This document shows, piece by piece, positions 17,847 to 28,054 of a stretch of DNA of 64,000 nucleotides. This DNA comes from Eubacteriales bacterium (GTDB taxonomy: Bacteria; Bacillota; Clostridia; Oscillospirales; SIG627). Every line of letters starts with the position of its first letter. The first letter of the stretch is position 1. The translations under genes and the position numbers were made by a program. Location: assembly GCA_045602025.1 (NCBI GenBank), contig JAZSAT010000023.1, positions 21,898 to 85,897 on the forward strand, read 5' to 3'. The notes beneath the pieces were generated by a model. It did no database searches, had not been told where the DNA came from, and saw only the letters and a program-made list of their open reading frames with translations.

Positions 17847-19337
17847 ATGGACCAGAACGTACAGAATGTGCAGGAAGAAAATTTCAGCGAACAGGTAGCG
17901 ATCCGTCGCGAGAAACTCTTTGAATTGCAAAAGCAGGGAAAGAACCCTTACGAAATTACAAAGTTTGATTTTAACGCATACAGCGCAGACATCAAAGCAG
18001 AATATACCGAGGGCCAGGAAAGACAGGTTCGCATCGCAGGCAGAATGCTCAGCCGCCGTATTATGGGTAAGGCTTCCTTCTGTAACCTTGCCGATGAAAA
18101 AGGCAATATTCAGCTTTATGTAAAGCGTGACGATGTTGGGGAAGAGGACTACGCTGCATTTAAAAAATGGGATATCGGCGATATCATCGGTGTAGAAGGC
18201 TTTGTCTTTGTTACCCGTACGGGTGAAGTTTCTGTTCATTGTCAGAAGATCACCCTGCTTTCCAAGTCTCTCATTCCTTTGCCCGAAAAATTTCATGGCC
18301 TGACCAATACGGATATGCGTTACCGTCAAAGATATGTAGACCTCATTGTAAACCCCGAAGTAAAGGATGTGTTCTATAAGAGATCTGCCATTCTGAAGGA
18401 AGTGCGTGCATATCTTGATTCCAAGGGCTTTTTGGAAGTGGATACTCCTATCCTTGTTCCCATGGAGATCGGTGCAGCTGCCCGCTCCTTTGCTACCCAT
18501 CATAATACTCTTGATATGGATATGTACCTCCGTATTGAAACAGAGCTTTACCTCAAGCGTCTGATCGTAGGCGGTATGCACAGAGTATACGAGGTAGGCA
18601 GAATCTTCCGTAACGAAGGTATGGATACCAAACATAATCCCGAATTTACCACAGTAGAGCTCTATCAGGCATTTACCGATTATTACGGTATGATGGATCT
18701 GGTAGAAGAGCTTTATAAGGGTCTTGCCGATAAGATCTGCGGCAGCCGCAAGATCACCTATCAGGGCAAAGAGATCGATATGGGCCATTGGGAAAGAATG
18801 ACCATGGTCGATGCCGTGAAGAAGTATGCCGGTGTGGATTATCATAGCTGGAAGAGCGACGAAGAAGCGCGTGCCTGCGCAAAGGAGCACCATGTAGAGG
18901 TTCCTGCTGATGCAACCTGCGGTACGGTCCTTATTGAGTTCTTCGATGCCTATGTAGAAGAAAAATTGATCCAGCCCACCTTTATCTATGACTATCCCGT
19001 AGAAAACAGCCCCTTGGCAAAGAGAAAGCCCACCGATCCTCGTTTTACCGAACGCTTTGAGTATTTTATCAATGCAACGGAATTCGGCAACGCCTTCTCA
19101 GAGCTCAATGACCCCATTGACCAGAAGGAACGCTTTGAAACTCAGGTAGAGGCAAAACGCGCCGCAGAGCCTGATACCAAAGCAGAAGTGGACTACGACT
19201 ATATCACCGCAATGGAATACGGTATGCCCCCCACGGGCGGCCTCGGCTTCGGTATCGCCCCCCTTGTTATGCTCCTTACCGACTCTGCCTCCATCCGCGA
19301 TGTTCTCTTGTTTCCGACAATGAAGCCAATCGACTGA
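17847..19337 (+). CDS. lysS: Lysine--tRNA ligase (class II)
   Basis: IAGRMLSRRIMGKASFCNLADEKGNIQLY (OB fold) and YEVGRIFRNEGMDTKHNPEFTTVELY (motif 2) are present. The protein is 496 aa. Confidence 0.97.
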   Translation: MDQNVQNVQEENFSEQVAIRREKLFELQKQGKNPYEITKFDFNAYSADIKAEYTEGQERQVRIAGRMLSRRIMGKASFCNLADEKGNIQLYVKRDDVGEEDYAAFKKWDIGDIIGVEGFVFVTRTGEVSVHCQKITLLSKSLIPLPEKFHGLTNTDMRYRQRYVDLIVNPEVKDVFYKRSAILKEVRAYLDSKGFLEVDTPILVPMEIGAAARSFATHHNTLDMDMYLRIETELYLKRLIVGGMHRVYEVGRIFRNEGMDTKHNPEFTTVELYQAFTDYYGMMDLVEELYKGLADKICGSRKITYQGKEIDMGHWERMTMVDAVKKYAGVDYHSWKSDEEARACAKEHHVEVPADATCGTVLIEFFDAYVEEKLIQPTFIYDYPVENSPLAKRKPTDPRFTERFEYFINATEFGNAFSELNDPIDQKERFETQVEAKRAAEPDTKAEVDYDYITAMEYGMPPTGGLGFGIAPLVMLLTDSASIRDVLLFPTMKPID

Positions 19338-19387
19338 AAGAATTGAGATTATAATTGTAGGGCACTTGAAAACAGAATATCAAAATA

Positions 19388-19428
19388 AAAAGATATGAGG
19401 AATTTTTGTTTTCCTCATATCTTTTTTT
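19388..19428. terminator. Bidirectional terminator between lysS and the CAP lipoprotein gene
   Basis: aagatatgaggaa (19390-19402) pairs with ttcctcatatctt (19411-19423), with flanking A and T runs. Confidence 0.7.
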
Positions 19429-19430
19429 GC

Positions 19431-20591
19431 TTAACTAAAGAAATTTTGAACTATCATTAATTCATTATTGTTTTGAACAACAGAAATTGCGATGCGCCTA
19501 AAGTTTTTACCAAGAATGTTTGCTTTGTGTCCCGATGAATTCATCCAGTTTTGAACAGCATAACTTGCAACTTGCTCCGGAGACAAACCAATTGATGTGT
19601 ACAAATTTTCTCCAAAATGTCCCGACATATATACTCCGGAATCAAAATATACAGAATGCCAGGTTTTACCATTTGGTCTCGTGTGAGAGAATTTTGTGAA
19701 ACATTCATTTGCTCTGATTTGAGTGAAATAATACGCATCTTCAAACCAAGTTAGAGGTTGCAATCCAACCTTTTCTCTTTCAATGTTGCATAAACGAAGA
19801 ATCTCTTTTTCTACATTTAAATGCTGATGATTGACTGTATGTGTTTTTTGTGCCATATAATATCCGGTAATGTCTTCGACATTTTCCACCCACACATGTG
19901 TTCCGTCGGGTAATATAAGCTCAATTTTTCCCTCGTTGTTATCAAGCTTTGGGATTGTAGTGCCTGTCGCGATCGTTTTGTTACAATCCTTGCAATAGGT
20001 ATCACCTGTATAGCCTTCGGATTCTGTTGTGGCATCCCTTTGATTTCTTATTTCTGTATTTCTATGACCGGTTGCCTGAGTATGGGAGCCTTCTGACATA
20101 AGGGTATTACACTTTTTGCAATAGATATCGCCGGTAAAACCAGCTCTGTCGCAGGTTGCATCCTTTTTGTTTTTTAAAACGGTGCTGCTATGAGAACACT
20201 GCGGGAGCTCAACTTTACCGGTTTGTTTTTCAGGTTCTTTTTGGTTGGTATTTTTATCTGTCGGTTTCGAGGTTTTGTCGTCTTTTGGTTTGTTTCCAGC
20301 AGGTTCTTTCTGCTCAGATGTACTTGGCTTTGGTGACTCGGAAATGGCGGGTTCTTCTTTTATTTGGTTTGAAGGAAGATCCTCTGCTGTTTCTGTCAAA
20401 AGTATGCTTTCATCTGAGTTTTCGTTGTTTTTATCGCCGTAATCTGACGCCGCTGTATCTGTATCTGCAGTTTCATAAGTATTGGTTTTGCTCTCCTCTA
20501 TGTTGCTATCGCCTTTTTTATTACAGCTGCAAAGGGTAAGCAGTAAGACTGTGCATAGAAAAAGGAAAAGAGCTTTTTTTGTTTGCATCAT
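19431..20591 (-). CDS. Lipoprotein with Cys-module repeats and a C-terminal CAP/SCP (YkwD-like) domain
   Basis: The lipobox is LLLTLCSC, followed by a low-complexity E/K/P/T linker. Two modules follow: KDATCDRAGFTGDIYCKKCN...ATGH and RDATTESEGYTGDTYCKDCN. The CAP motifs are IRANECFTKFSHTRPNG and MNSSGHKANIL. Confidence 0.75.
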   Translation of the reverse strand: MMQTKKALFLFLCTVLLLTLCSCNKKGDSNIEESKTNTYETADTDTAASDYGDKNNENSDESILLTETAEDLPSNQIKEEPAISESPKPSTSEQKEPAGNKPKDDKTSKPTDKNTNQKEPEKQTGKVELPQCSHSSTVLKNKKDATCDRAGFTGDIYCKKCNTLMSEGSHTQATGHRNTEIRNQRDATTESEGYTGDTYCKDCNKTIATGTTIPKLDNNEGKIELILPDGTHVWVENVEDITGYYMAQKTHTVNHQHLNVEKEILRLCNIEREKVGLQPLTWFEDAYYFTQIRANECFTKFSHTRPNGKTWHSVYFDSGVYMSGHFGENLYTSIGLSPEQVASYAVQNWMNSSGHKANILGKNFRRIAISVVQNNNELMIVQNFFS

Positions 20592-20776
20592 GATTACCAC
20601 TTTCCATAAAATTATTATTTCTTAAGAAGATTTTATCACACTATCTTTTATAATACAATATTTTTTATTGCAAAAAAGATTGAGTGAAAGGCAAAGAGGT
20701 GATATAATAAAGGAGTAAAAACAATCAAAATCAGGCAAATGCTTTGCTTGAATGATTTTTGCGTTTGGAGTAAAAG

Positions 20777-21085
20777 ATGAAAAGAATTAAAATTACCGTA
20801 ATGCGGAAAGCAAAATATGAGGATCTGATCGCAAAATATGAAAACCCCATTGAGCATGCTTGTGACCTTGTGGAAGGCCAGGTGTTTTACAGCGAGAGCG
20901 GTGAAAAACCAAAGGATTTTTGCGACAGTGCATGGGAGAGCGTTTCTCCCTTTGTAAAAGAACTTGCAAAGGGCGGCGGAAATTTTTATGATGGCTGGAT
21001 GAAAGACCCGAGATCTGCCATGATTTCCTGCAACGACGGCTTCCGCCCGGTGAGTTTTTTGATTGAGGTCTGTGCACACAATTAA
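20777..21085 (+). CDS. TIGR04076-family small protein
   Basis: MKRIKITVMRKAKYEDLIAKYENPIEHACDLVEGQVF...FCDSAWESVSPFV...ISCNDGFRPVSFLIE fits TIGR04076 as I recall it. Confidence 0.65.
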   Translation: MKRIKITVMRKAKYEDLIAKYENPIEHACDLVEGQVFYSESGEKPKDFCDSAWESVSPFVKELAKGGGNFYDGWMKDPRSAMISCNDGFRPVSFLIEVCAHN

Positions 21086-21175
21086 TATAAGATTTCGTTT
21101 TTTTGAATTAAATAAGATATTTTCAAATTATAAAGCATTTGTATCACATAGGAGATGGGGAAAGGTAGGATCAAA

Positions 21176-21610
21176 ATGAAAAGAGGTTATTGTAGTTTAA
21201 TCTCGGTTTTCCTTATTTTGCTTCTGCTTGTTTCCTGTGCAGAAGCTGAAAAAGAGCTTTATACGAAGGAAAATATTGTAACAGAAGAGGGTGATATTAT
21301 TTTTTTTCAGCAGATCACTGCCCAAGAGGCAAAGGAAATAATGGAGACCCAAAAGGAATACATTATCATTGATGCTCGCACCGAGACGGAATTTTCCGAA
21401 GGGCATATTGAAGGTGCGATCCTGATTCCCGAATATGAAATCGCGCACCGTGCCGAAAAAGAGATCCCCGATAAAGATGCCCTGATCCTTGTTTATTGCC
21501 GAAGCGGCAGACGAAGTAAGATTGCATCTGAGGAGCTTGTAAAGCTTGGTTATACCAATGTAAAGGAGTTCGGCGGTATCATTGACTGGCCGTACGAGAT
21601 CGTAAAATAA
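21176..21610 (+). CDS. Rhodanese-domain lipoprotein (sulfurtransferase-like)
   Basis: The lipobox is LLLVSC. The rhodanese active-site loop is VYCRSGRRS, with flanking IIIDARTETEFSEGHIEGA. Confidence 0.8.
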   Translation: MKRGYCSLISVFLILLLLVSCAEAEKELYTKENIVTEEGDIIFFQQITAQEAKEIMETQKEYIIIDARTETEFSEGHIEGAILIPEYEIAHRAEKEIPDKDALILVYCRSGRRSKIASEELVKLGYTNVKEFGGIIDWPYEIVK

Positions 21611-21628
21611 AATGCGGGAGGGTATTAT

Positions 21629-22339
21629 ATGAAAAGGCCCTATATTGTTTGCCATATGGTTATGTCTATCGACGGCAAGGTAACGGGAGACTTCTTGTTT
21701 GAGCCCAAATGCGCAGAGGCAACCGAGATCTATTACCGTATCAACCGCGAGAAAAAGTCAAATGGCTTTATCTGCGGCCGCGTGACTATGGAGGAGAGCT
21801 TTACGGGAGGATGGTATCCCGATCTTTCAAAATATAAGCCTGTGCATCACGCCCCGGGAGTAAAGATGGATTTTATTCCGAGCGACCTTTCCGGTTTTTA
21901 CGCAGTTGCTTTTGATACCAACGGAAAGCTTGGCTGGAAGTCAAACAGAATTGCCGATCCGGACGGCGACCCCGGCTACGACGGTGCGCAGATCATAGAG
22001 GTTTTATCTGAAAATGCAGACGAACGATACCTCGGCTACTTGGAAGAGGTTGGGATTCCTTATATCTTTGCGGGAGAAAAGAGTATTGATATAGAGCTTG
22101 CTTTGTTCAAGCTGAAAAGCATCTTTGGTTGTGAAACGCTACTCCTTGAAGGGGGAAGCGAGATCAACGGTGCTTTTCAAAGAGCGGGCGCGGTGGATGA
22201 AATCAGCCTTGTTATAACGCCGCAGATCGCAGGGAAGGAAAGCAAGCCGCTTTTTTCAGAAAGTATCGGTATGAATTTTAAACTTGAAAAATCAGAAAAT
22301 GAAAACGGAAATCTGATTTTAAGTTTTTTGAAAAAATAA
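21629..22339 (+). CDS. RibD_C / dihydrofolate-reductase-like family protein
   Basis: HMVMSIDGKVTG...LLLEGGSEINGAFQRAGAVDEISLVITPQIAG is typical of the RibD C-terminal reductase fold. Confidence 0.72.
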   Translation: MKRPYIVCHMVMSIDGKVTGDFLFEPKCAEATEIYYRINREKKSNGFICGRVTMEESFTGGWYPDLSKYKPVHHAPGVKMDFIPSDLSGFYAVAFDTNGKLGWKSNRIADPDGDPGYDGAQIIEVLSENADERYLGYLEEVGIPYIFAGEKSIDIELALFKLKSIFGCETLLLEGGSEINGAFQRAGAVDEISLVITPQIAGKESKPLFSESIGMNFKLEKSENENGNLILSFLKK

Positions 22340-22357
22340 AGAAAGAAGGAAACGAAA

Positions 22358-23035
22358 ATGAAAAAAATCAGTAGTGTCATTTGGGGAATCGTACTCATTG
22401 CAGTAGGTGCGGTATTTGCACTGAATGCGATGAATATTACAAACATCGACCTCTTTTTTGACGGTTGGTGGACTCTTTTTATTATCATTCCCTGTGCCGT
22501 AGGGCTTTTCACAGAGCGTGAAAAAACAGGCAATATCATTGGTATTGCTGTGGGTGTGTTCCTCCTGCTTTGCTGTCAGGATATTATAAGCTTTTCTATG
22601 CTTTGGAAGCTCCTTTTTCCCGCCATTATTGTTATTGTGGGGCTTAAAATGGTCATCACAGGGCTTTTTGGCAACAAAGCAAATGAAATGATTGCAAAAC
22701 TGAAAAACGACGGGGGAGATCCCAGGGTAGGCTGTGCTACCTTTTCCGGCTGTAATATGAATTTCGATGGGGAAGTGTTTGAGGGTGCAGAGCTTGCGGC
22801 AACCTTCGGTGGTGTGAAGTGTGATCTGCGCGGTGCAATCATTGAAAAAGACTGTGCTATTCGCGTTACTGCTATTTTTGGCGGTATTGATATTTTGGTT
22901 CCCGGAAATGTGAATGTAAAAGTTTCTTCCAACAGCATTTTCGGCGGTGTTTCAAATAAAACGCAGATCATCAAGGATGCACCCACCATTTACATAAGCG
23001 GTACTTGTATGTTCGGAGGTGTTGAAATCAAATGA
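22358..23035 (+). CDS. LiaF-like cell-wall-active-antibiotic response membrane protein
   Basis: Four N-terminal TMs are followed by the C-terminal repeats FGGVKCDLRGA..., IFGGIDILVP and IFGGVSNKT, typical of the LiaF C-terminal (DUF2154) domain. Confidence 0.68.
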   Translation: MKKISSVIWGIVLIAVGAVFALNAMNITNIDLFFDGWWTLFIIIPCAVGLFTEREKTGNIIGIAVGVFLLLCCQDIISFSMLWKLLFPAIIVIVGLKMVITGLFGNKANEMIAKLKNDGGDPRVGCATFSGCNMNFDGEVFEGAELAATFGGVKCDLRGAIIEKDCAIRVTAIFGGIDILVPGNVNVKVSSNSIFGGVSNKTQIIKDAPTIYISGTCMFGGVEIK

Positions 23036-23838
23036 CTACCTTTCAAAAAGTAATTCAGTATTTGGCAATTGCCTTTGCGGTTTTTCTTACCGTTTCCATT
23101 ATTGGAGGTATTTTCAGTACAGTGGGTCTTTTTGGGCTCATTTTTGATGAAAAAGCCGTAACGGAAGAGGTAGAAAGCCATACCCTTTCCTCAGATATCA
23201 GAAGTCTTTCTGCTGAGGTCGGTGCTGCGGATTTTTCAATCAAAACAGGGGATCGCTTTTTGGTTGAAAGCAATTTAAAGAATCTTTCCGTGAAAGAGAA
23301 AAACGGCGTTTTGATTATCAAAGATACAAGTAAAGCTGTTGTTTCTCGCACCGATGCAATGCTGACTCTCACTGTTCCGGAGGGAGCCGAGCTTGAAAGG
23401 GTAAAACTTACAACGGGCGCGGGCAGACTTCAGATCGAATCTCTTCGGGCAAACAGGATGGATTTTGAACTTGGTGCAGGGGAAGTTGTGATCGAAGAAC
23501 TTTTCGCTGCCTCTGAAATTGATATTGACGGGGGCGCAGGAAAGATCACTGTCTCCGGCGGAGAGCTTCGTGACCTTGATCTGAGTATGGGCGTCGGTCA
23601 ATTGAATCTTACTTCTCTCCTCACCGGCGAATGCGAATTTGATCTTGGGGTCGGAGATTCCAATATTCGTGTTTTAGGAAATCGTGAAGACTACCGACTT
23701 GATATTGAAAAAGGTATTGGCAATATTACCCTCAACGGGGAAGGCATCTCTAATTTAAAAAATAGCGGCAAGGGAATCCACAAGATCGAGATAAGCGGCG
23801 GTGTCGGTTCCATTTGTTTGGATTTTGAAGAAAAGTAA
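23032..23838 (+). CDS. DUF4097 (LiaG-like, putative beta-helix) membrane-anchored protein
   Basis: An N-terminal TM is followed by repeated G-rich beta-strand units: TTGAGRLQIE, ELGAGEVVIE, DGGAGKITVS, SMGVGQLNL and DLGVGDSNI. The gene overlaps the upstream stop by 4 nt. Confidence 0.68.
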   Translation: MTTFQKVIQYLAIAFAVFLTVSIIGGIFSTVGLFGLIFDEKAVTEEVESHTLSSDIRSLSAEVGAADFSIKTGDRFLVESNLKNLSVKEKNGVLIIKDTSKAVVSRTDAMLTLTVPEGAELERVKLTTGAGRLQIESLRANRMDFELGAGEVVIEELFAASEIDIDGGAGKITVSGGELRDLDLSMGVGQLNLTSLLTGECEFDLGVGDSNIRVLGNREDYRLDIEKGIGNITLNGEGISNLKNSGKGIHKIEISGGVGSICLDFEEK

Positions 23839-23878
23839 GCCTAGGACTTTGTATTTTGCATTTAAAAAGGAGCTTTCT

Positions 23879-24373
23879 ATGGAACTGAAAAAATTAGACA
23901 AAAGCGTGTTGAAGCTGTGGTACACAAGAGCGGCGATCGCCTCTCTTGCACTGATCGGTATTTTTGCAAGTGCAGTGGGAATTTTGACGGTATCGGGCGC
24001 CACCGAGAAAGGGAAGCTTGTTGTTATGCTTTCTGTGGGGGCACCTGTCCTTTTACTTCTATCTTTCGTTTTGATTTTGCCCTATTTGCGCTATCAAATG
24101 TACGCTTGGGGATACGATGAAAAGCGGATTGTTGTAAAAAAAGGCGTGATCTTCCGCAAAAGAGTGGTGATACCCGTGTGCCAGATTCAGGACCTTCACA
24201 GAACCCAAGGTCCTCTTATGATGCTGTTTCATTTAAGCGGCGTTACCATTTCTACCGCGGGCTCCAATTTTGATCTTTCAACGCTGACAACAAAAGAGGC
24301 GGACCGTATGATCGACGATCTGGAAGAAAAGCTGGAAGCAAGGGTTGAGGAACTGAAAAATGAAGCGCTTTGA
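23879..24373 (+). CDS. YdbS-like membrane protein with a bacterial PH (bPH_2) domain
   Basis: It has two TMs and then YDEKRIVVKKGVIFRKRVVIPVCQIQDLHRTQGPLMMLFHLSGVTIST. The aaggag SD precedes ATG 23879. Confidence 0.72.
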   Translation: MELKKLDKSVLKLWYTRAAIASLALIGIFASAVGILTVSGATEKGKLVVMLSVGAPVLLLLSFVLILPYLRYQMYAWGYDEKRIVVKKGVIFRKRVVIPVCQIQDLHRTQGPLMMLFHLSGVTISTAGSNFDLSTLTTKEADRMIDDLEEKLEARVEELKNEAL

Positions 24374-25880
24374 TAAAGGATATATTTATTCCGGCCTGCT
24401 TTCGGATCTGTTTTCAAGCCTTGTGCTCGTTTTTATTTTCCTGAAAGACTTTTTTCTGGACGATGAATCGCATCCTGAGGATGTAGCGGCTGCTATTCCG
24501 TTTTTTATAATCGGGTTTTTCTTAGTTTATCTGTGCTTTATTGTTTATAGAATTCTGTATTTCAAGACCTCCGGCTACGAGCTTTCGAAAAATGAGATCA
24601 AATGCAACAGAGGTGTTCTTTTCAGAAAGAGATCTGTACTTGAATATAAAAAGGTACACGCTATCAATAAAAAGCAGAACATCGCACACAGAATTTTCGG
24701 TGTTGCGGTTTTAACTGTTGACAGTGGTTCCACCAATACCTCCCATCAAGCGGAAATTACCATTGTGGAAAAAGAAAAAACAGTTGATGAGCTTATCAAA
24801 AAGCTGAATGCCGCAAAGGAAAATGGTGGGGTGGATCGCGAAAATGATCCTGTGAAGGAAGAGGTTCTCCTTTCCGATCAGGATAGTCTCTATTGTTTTA
24901 CATCCAAAAGAAAGATGCTGTATACCCTGATCAACATTGTATCCACTGCATTTTTCACAGCCGTGTTCGGCCTTCTTGCCATCACCGCGATCTCTTTTGG
25001 CAGACTTTTACTTTTAAATTCTTCCGGAAGCTGGGGCCATTACCTTCTGATTGCGCTTCTCGTAACGCTTGGTGCGGCACTTCTGTTTTCGGTGTTCTCC
25101 TTTATCGGAAGTATGATCTATTCCTTCGTGGGATACTATAAATTCACCGTTTCCAAATACGGAGACAATATACAGATCTCCTTCGGTCTGTTTGATAAGC
25201 ATACCAACACTTTCCGTTATGACAGGATCAAGGCGGTAAAAATTTCCCAAGGCCTCGTTCAGAGAATGCTCGGCTTTGCGGCCATCCGTCTTGAGGTCAT
25301 CGGTTATACAAATGACAACGGCAGCGACAATGTGGAGCTTGGTGTTTTGGTTCCCTTTTGCAAAATGAGCGAAGTGGATCAGATCCTTAAAAAGGTTCTG
25401 CCCGATTATGTGCCTGAGAAGAAGGAAACGAAGGCAGCGGCCTTTTTCCCCTTTGTGTCTTGGTTTTTGCTTTACCTTGGTATTGCAATGGGATTTGTGC
25501 TGCTTTTCGTGCTGTTTCTGATGCTTTACTTCCGCGCTCCTGCGACTGCGATTTCGGTGGCAGTATTTTCCCTTTTGGGGGTGGGCGCGCTTTTGGCTTT
25601 GATCAAAATTTTAAGCGGACTTTTAAGCTATCAGATCAGCGGTCTTGCTTTTCATAACGGGAACATAACCGTTTACAGCGGCGGTTTTACCAAAACAATT
25701 ACAGTCTTTAAGGCTGAAAATCTGATCGCGGTAGAAGATGTTACCACGCCTCTTCGCAAAAAGCGCGGTATTACAAGCCTTGTGATGCACCTGAAAACCA
25801 ATGCTCTGTCCAACGAAGTAATGGTGCATATGCAAAACGATGCACTTGTAAAGAAACTGGAAGAATTACTGATACTTTAA
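24360..25880 (+). CDS. YdbT-like membrane protein with three bPH_2 domains
   Basis: There are three repeats of a TM pair plus a PH-like segment (e.g. NRGVLFRKRSVLEYKKVHAINKKQNIAHRIFGVAVLTVDS). It overlaps the ydbS-like stop. Confidence 0.72.
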   Translation: MKRFDKGYIYSGLLSDLFSSLVLVFIFLKDFFLDDESHPEDVAAAIPFFIIGFFLVYLCFIVYRILYFKTSGYELSKNEIKCNRGVLFRKRSVLEYKKVHAINKKQNIAHRIFGVAVLTVDSGSTNTSHQAEITIVEKEKTVDELIKKLNAAKENGGVDRENDPVKEEVLLSDQDSLYCFTSKRKMLYTLINIVSTAFFTAVFGLLAITAISFGRLLLLNSSGSWGHYLLIALLVTLGAALLFSVFSFIGSMIYSFVGYYKFTVSKYGDNIQISFGLFDKHTNTFRYDRIKAVKISQGLVQRMLGFAAIRLEVIGYTNDNGSDNVELGVLVPFCKMSEVDQILKKVLPDYVPEKKETKAAAFFPFVSWFLLYLGIAMGFVLLFVLFLMLYFRAPATAISVAVFSLLGVGALLALIKILSGLLSYQISGLAFHNGNITVYSGGFTKTITVFKAENLIAVEDVTTPLRKKRGITSLVMHLKTNALSNEVMVHMQNDALVKKLEELLIL

Positions 25881-25907
25881 AGCTGATTTTGAAAAGGTAA
25901 AATAAAA

Positions 25908-26813
25908 ATGATTTTAGAATTAAAGAATATAGAAAAATCCTTTGGTGAGAAAAAAGTACTCACCGGAGTAAGCTTTAAGGCAGAAAGCGGAAAAGCCTTC
26001 GGCCTTTTGGGAAGAAACGGAGCGGGAAAAACCACCGCTATCCGTATCTTGATGAATGTATTCCCCGCAAACAGCGGAGAAGTCCTTGTTGACGGTGCGC
26101 CCGTTGATTATGACAGGGTTGGCATTGGGTATCTTCCCGAGGAAAGGGGACTGTATCCCAAAAAGATCATCCTGGATCAGCTTACATATTTTGCAGAGCT
26201 GAAGGGAATGAGCCGTAAGGCCGCTGTGCAGTCTGTTGATTATTGGCTGGATCGCCTTGGTATGAAGGAATACCGCGAAAAAAAGCTGGATACCCTTTCA
26301 AAAGGAAATCAGCAAAAGATCCAGCTGATCACCGCTCTTGCTCACGATCCCGATATTGTCATTCTTGACGAGCCCTTTTCAGGACTTGATCCTGTAAATG
26401 CAATGCTTTTAAAGGATATTGTTAAGGAGCAGATCGCCAAAGGGAAGATCGTTCTGTTTTCCAGTCATCAGATGAGTTATATTGAAGAATTTTGCGACAG
26501 CATTGCAATTTTAAACAAGGGCGTTGTTGCACTCCATGGCGATCTTTACGATATTAAGCGGGACTATCCCCGCGACCGTTTGGTTGTTCGAACAGAGAAT
26601 CCTGAAAAGATCCAAGAGGATTTTGGCCTGTCCTGTAGCCTTATGGAAAATAAAAACTTGATGATCCGCCTTTCGGATCCTTCCGAAAAGAAGGAAGTGA
26701 TGACTCGCCTTGTGGAGAATTATGACATTGATGAAGTAAAGGTATTTGAGCCTTCCCTCAATGATATTTTTGTGGAAGTTGCAGGCAACGGAAAAAGGGA
26801 GGTGGAAGAATGA
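25908..26813 (+). CDS. ABC transporter ATP-binding protein (ABC-2/NatA-like)
   Basis: Walker A GRNGAGKTT, signature LSKGNQQKIQL and Walker B ILDEPFSGLDP are present. Confidence 0.9.
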   Translation: MILELKNIEKSFGEKKVLTGVSFKAESGKAFGLLGRNGAGKTTAIRILMNVFPANSGEVLVDGAPVDYDRVGIGYLPEERGLYPKKIILDQLTYFAELKGMSRKAAVQSVDYWLDRLGMKEYREKKLDTLSKGNQQKIQLITALAHDPDIVILDEPFSGLDPVNAMLLKDIVKEQIAKGKIVLFSSHQMSYIEEFCDSIAILNKGVVALHGDLYDIKRDYPRDRLVVRTENPEKIQEDFGLSCSLMENKNLMIRLSDPSEKKEVMTRLVENYDIDEVKVFEPSLNDIFVEVAGNGKREVEE

Positions 26814-28051
26814 AGCAATTTGGGAAGATACTGAAATTTGAATTGAATTCCTATGTAAAAAACAAAGCGTTCGTCGGAATTACCGTTTTCCTTGTTCTTT
26901 TGATTGCTGCGGTAATGTTCTTTCCCAGGATCTCCGCTCTTTTTAACCGGGAAGAAGAGGCAGAGGCTTCTGAGGAGCTTGCGGTCATGATTGTGAAAAC
27001 TGAAAATGAAGCCGAAAACGAGATTGTTAAAGAGCTGTTTTCAAGTGCTTTTTCGGATTACGAGGTAAAGGTGAGCGGGGAAACACTTTCCGATATCAAA
27101 GAAAAAATCACATCGGGAGAGGCGGAATGCGCTTTTCTTTTGACCGAAGATTATGAATATACCTATTATGTAAATAATCTCACAATGTATGATATGAATA
27201 CCGAGATCGCAAATGAAGTGCTGCAAAAGATCTACCAAATGAATGCAATGATGGCAGGCGGTATGACGCCGGAAGCAGCGGGTGAGGTAATGAATATCCA
27301 GATTAACGGAAGGGTGGAAAGCCTCGGAAAAGATCAGATGCAAAACTTTTTCTATACATACATTATGATCTTTGCCCTTTATATGGTCATTCTTTTGTAC
27401 GGTCAGATGGTGGCAATGAATGTAGCTACCGAAAAAAGCTCCAGAGCGATGGAGGTTTTGATCACAAGTGCAAAGCCTGTGAGTATGATGTTCGGTAAGG
27501 TGATTGCTTCCTGTATTGCAGGACTTGTGCAGCTTGGAGCTATTTTCGGTTCCGCACTTCTTTTCTATCATTTAAACAAGTCCCATTGGGGAGACAATAT
27601 GATCGTGGATTCCATTTTCAATATTCCTCCTGAATTGCTCATTTTTATGCTTGTGTTCTTCCTCCTTGGATTTTTGATCTATGCATTCCTTTTCGGTGCT
27701 ATTGCCTCTACTGTATCAAAGCTTGAGGATATTAATACCGCTGTACAGCCTGTGACCTTCCTTTTCATTTTCGGCTTTATGGTTGTAATCTTTTCTATGA
27801 CAAGCGGAAGTGTGGATAATTTGCTGATGCAGATATGCTCGTACATTCCCTTTACTTCACCGATGGCAATGTTTACAAGGATCGCAATGAGTACGGTTCC
27901 TTGGTTTGAGATAGCAATTTCGATCGCTATTCTTGCGGGTTCGGTTATCGGTGTCGGATTTATTTCAGCAAAGATCTACCGCGTAGGTGTTTTGCTCTAT
28001 GGCAATAAACCGAAGCTTGGTTCTGTCTTGAAAATGGTTTTCAAAGGGTAA
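26810..28051 (+). CDS. ABC-2 family permease (NatB-like)
   Basis: It has an N-terminal TM, a ~150-aa extracytoplasmic loop and five C-terminal TMs, including the EKSSRAMEVL motif. It overlaps the ATPase stop. Confidence 0.8.
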   Translation: MKQFGKILKFELNSYVKNKAFVGITVFLVLLIAAVMFFPRISALFNREEEAEASEELAVMIVKTENEAENEIVKELFSSAFSDYEVKVSGETLSDIKEKITSGEAECAFLLTEDYEYTYYVNNLTMYDMNTEIANEVLQKIYQMNAMMAGGMTPEAAGEVMNIQINGRVESLGKDQMQNFFYTYIMIFALYMVILLYGQMVAMNVATEKSSRAMEVLITSAKPVSMMFGKVIASCIAGLVQLGAIFGSALLFYHLNKSHWGDNMIVDSIFNIPPELLIFMLVFFLLGFLIYAFLFGAIASTVSKLEDINTAVQPVTFLFIFGFMVVIFSMTSGSVDNLLMQICSYIPFTSPMAMFTRIAMSTVPWFEIAISIAILAGSVIGVGFISAKIYRVGVLLYGNKPKLGSVLKMVFKG

Positions 28052-28054
28052 AAG

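Noticed and set aside
17820-18893. A 357-aa ORF on the minus strand.
   Set aside because: It lies entirely antisense to the unambiguous lysS gene. It has low-complexity composition, no SD and no recognisable domain, so it is a shadow frame.
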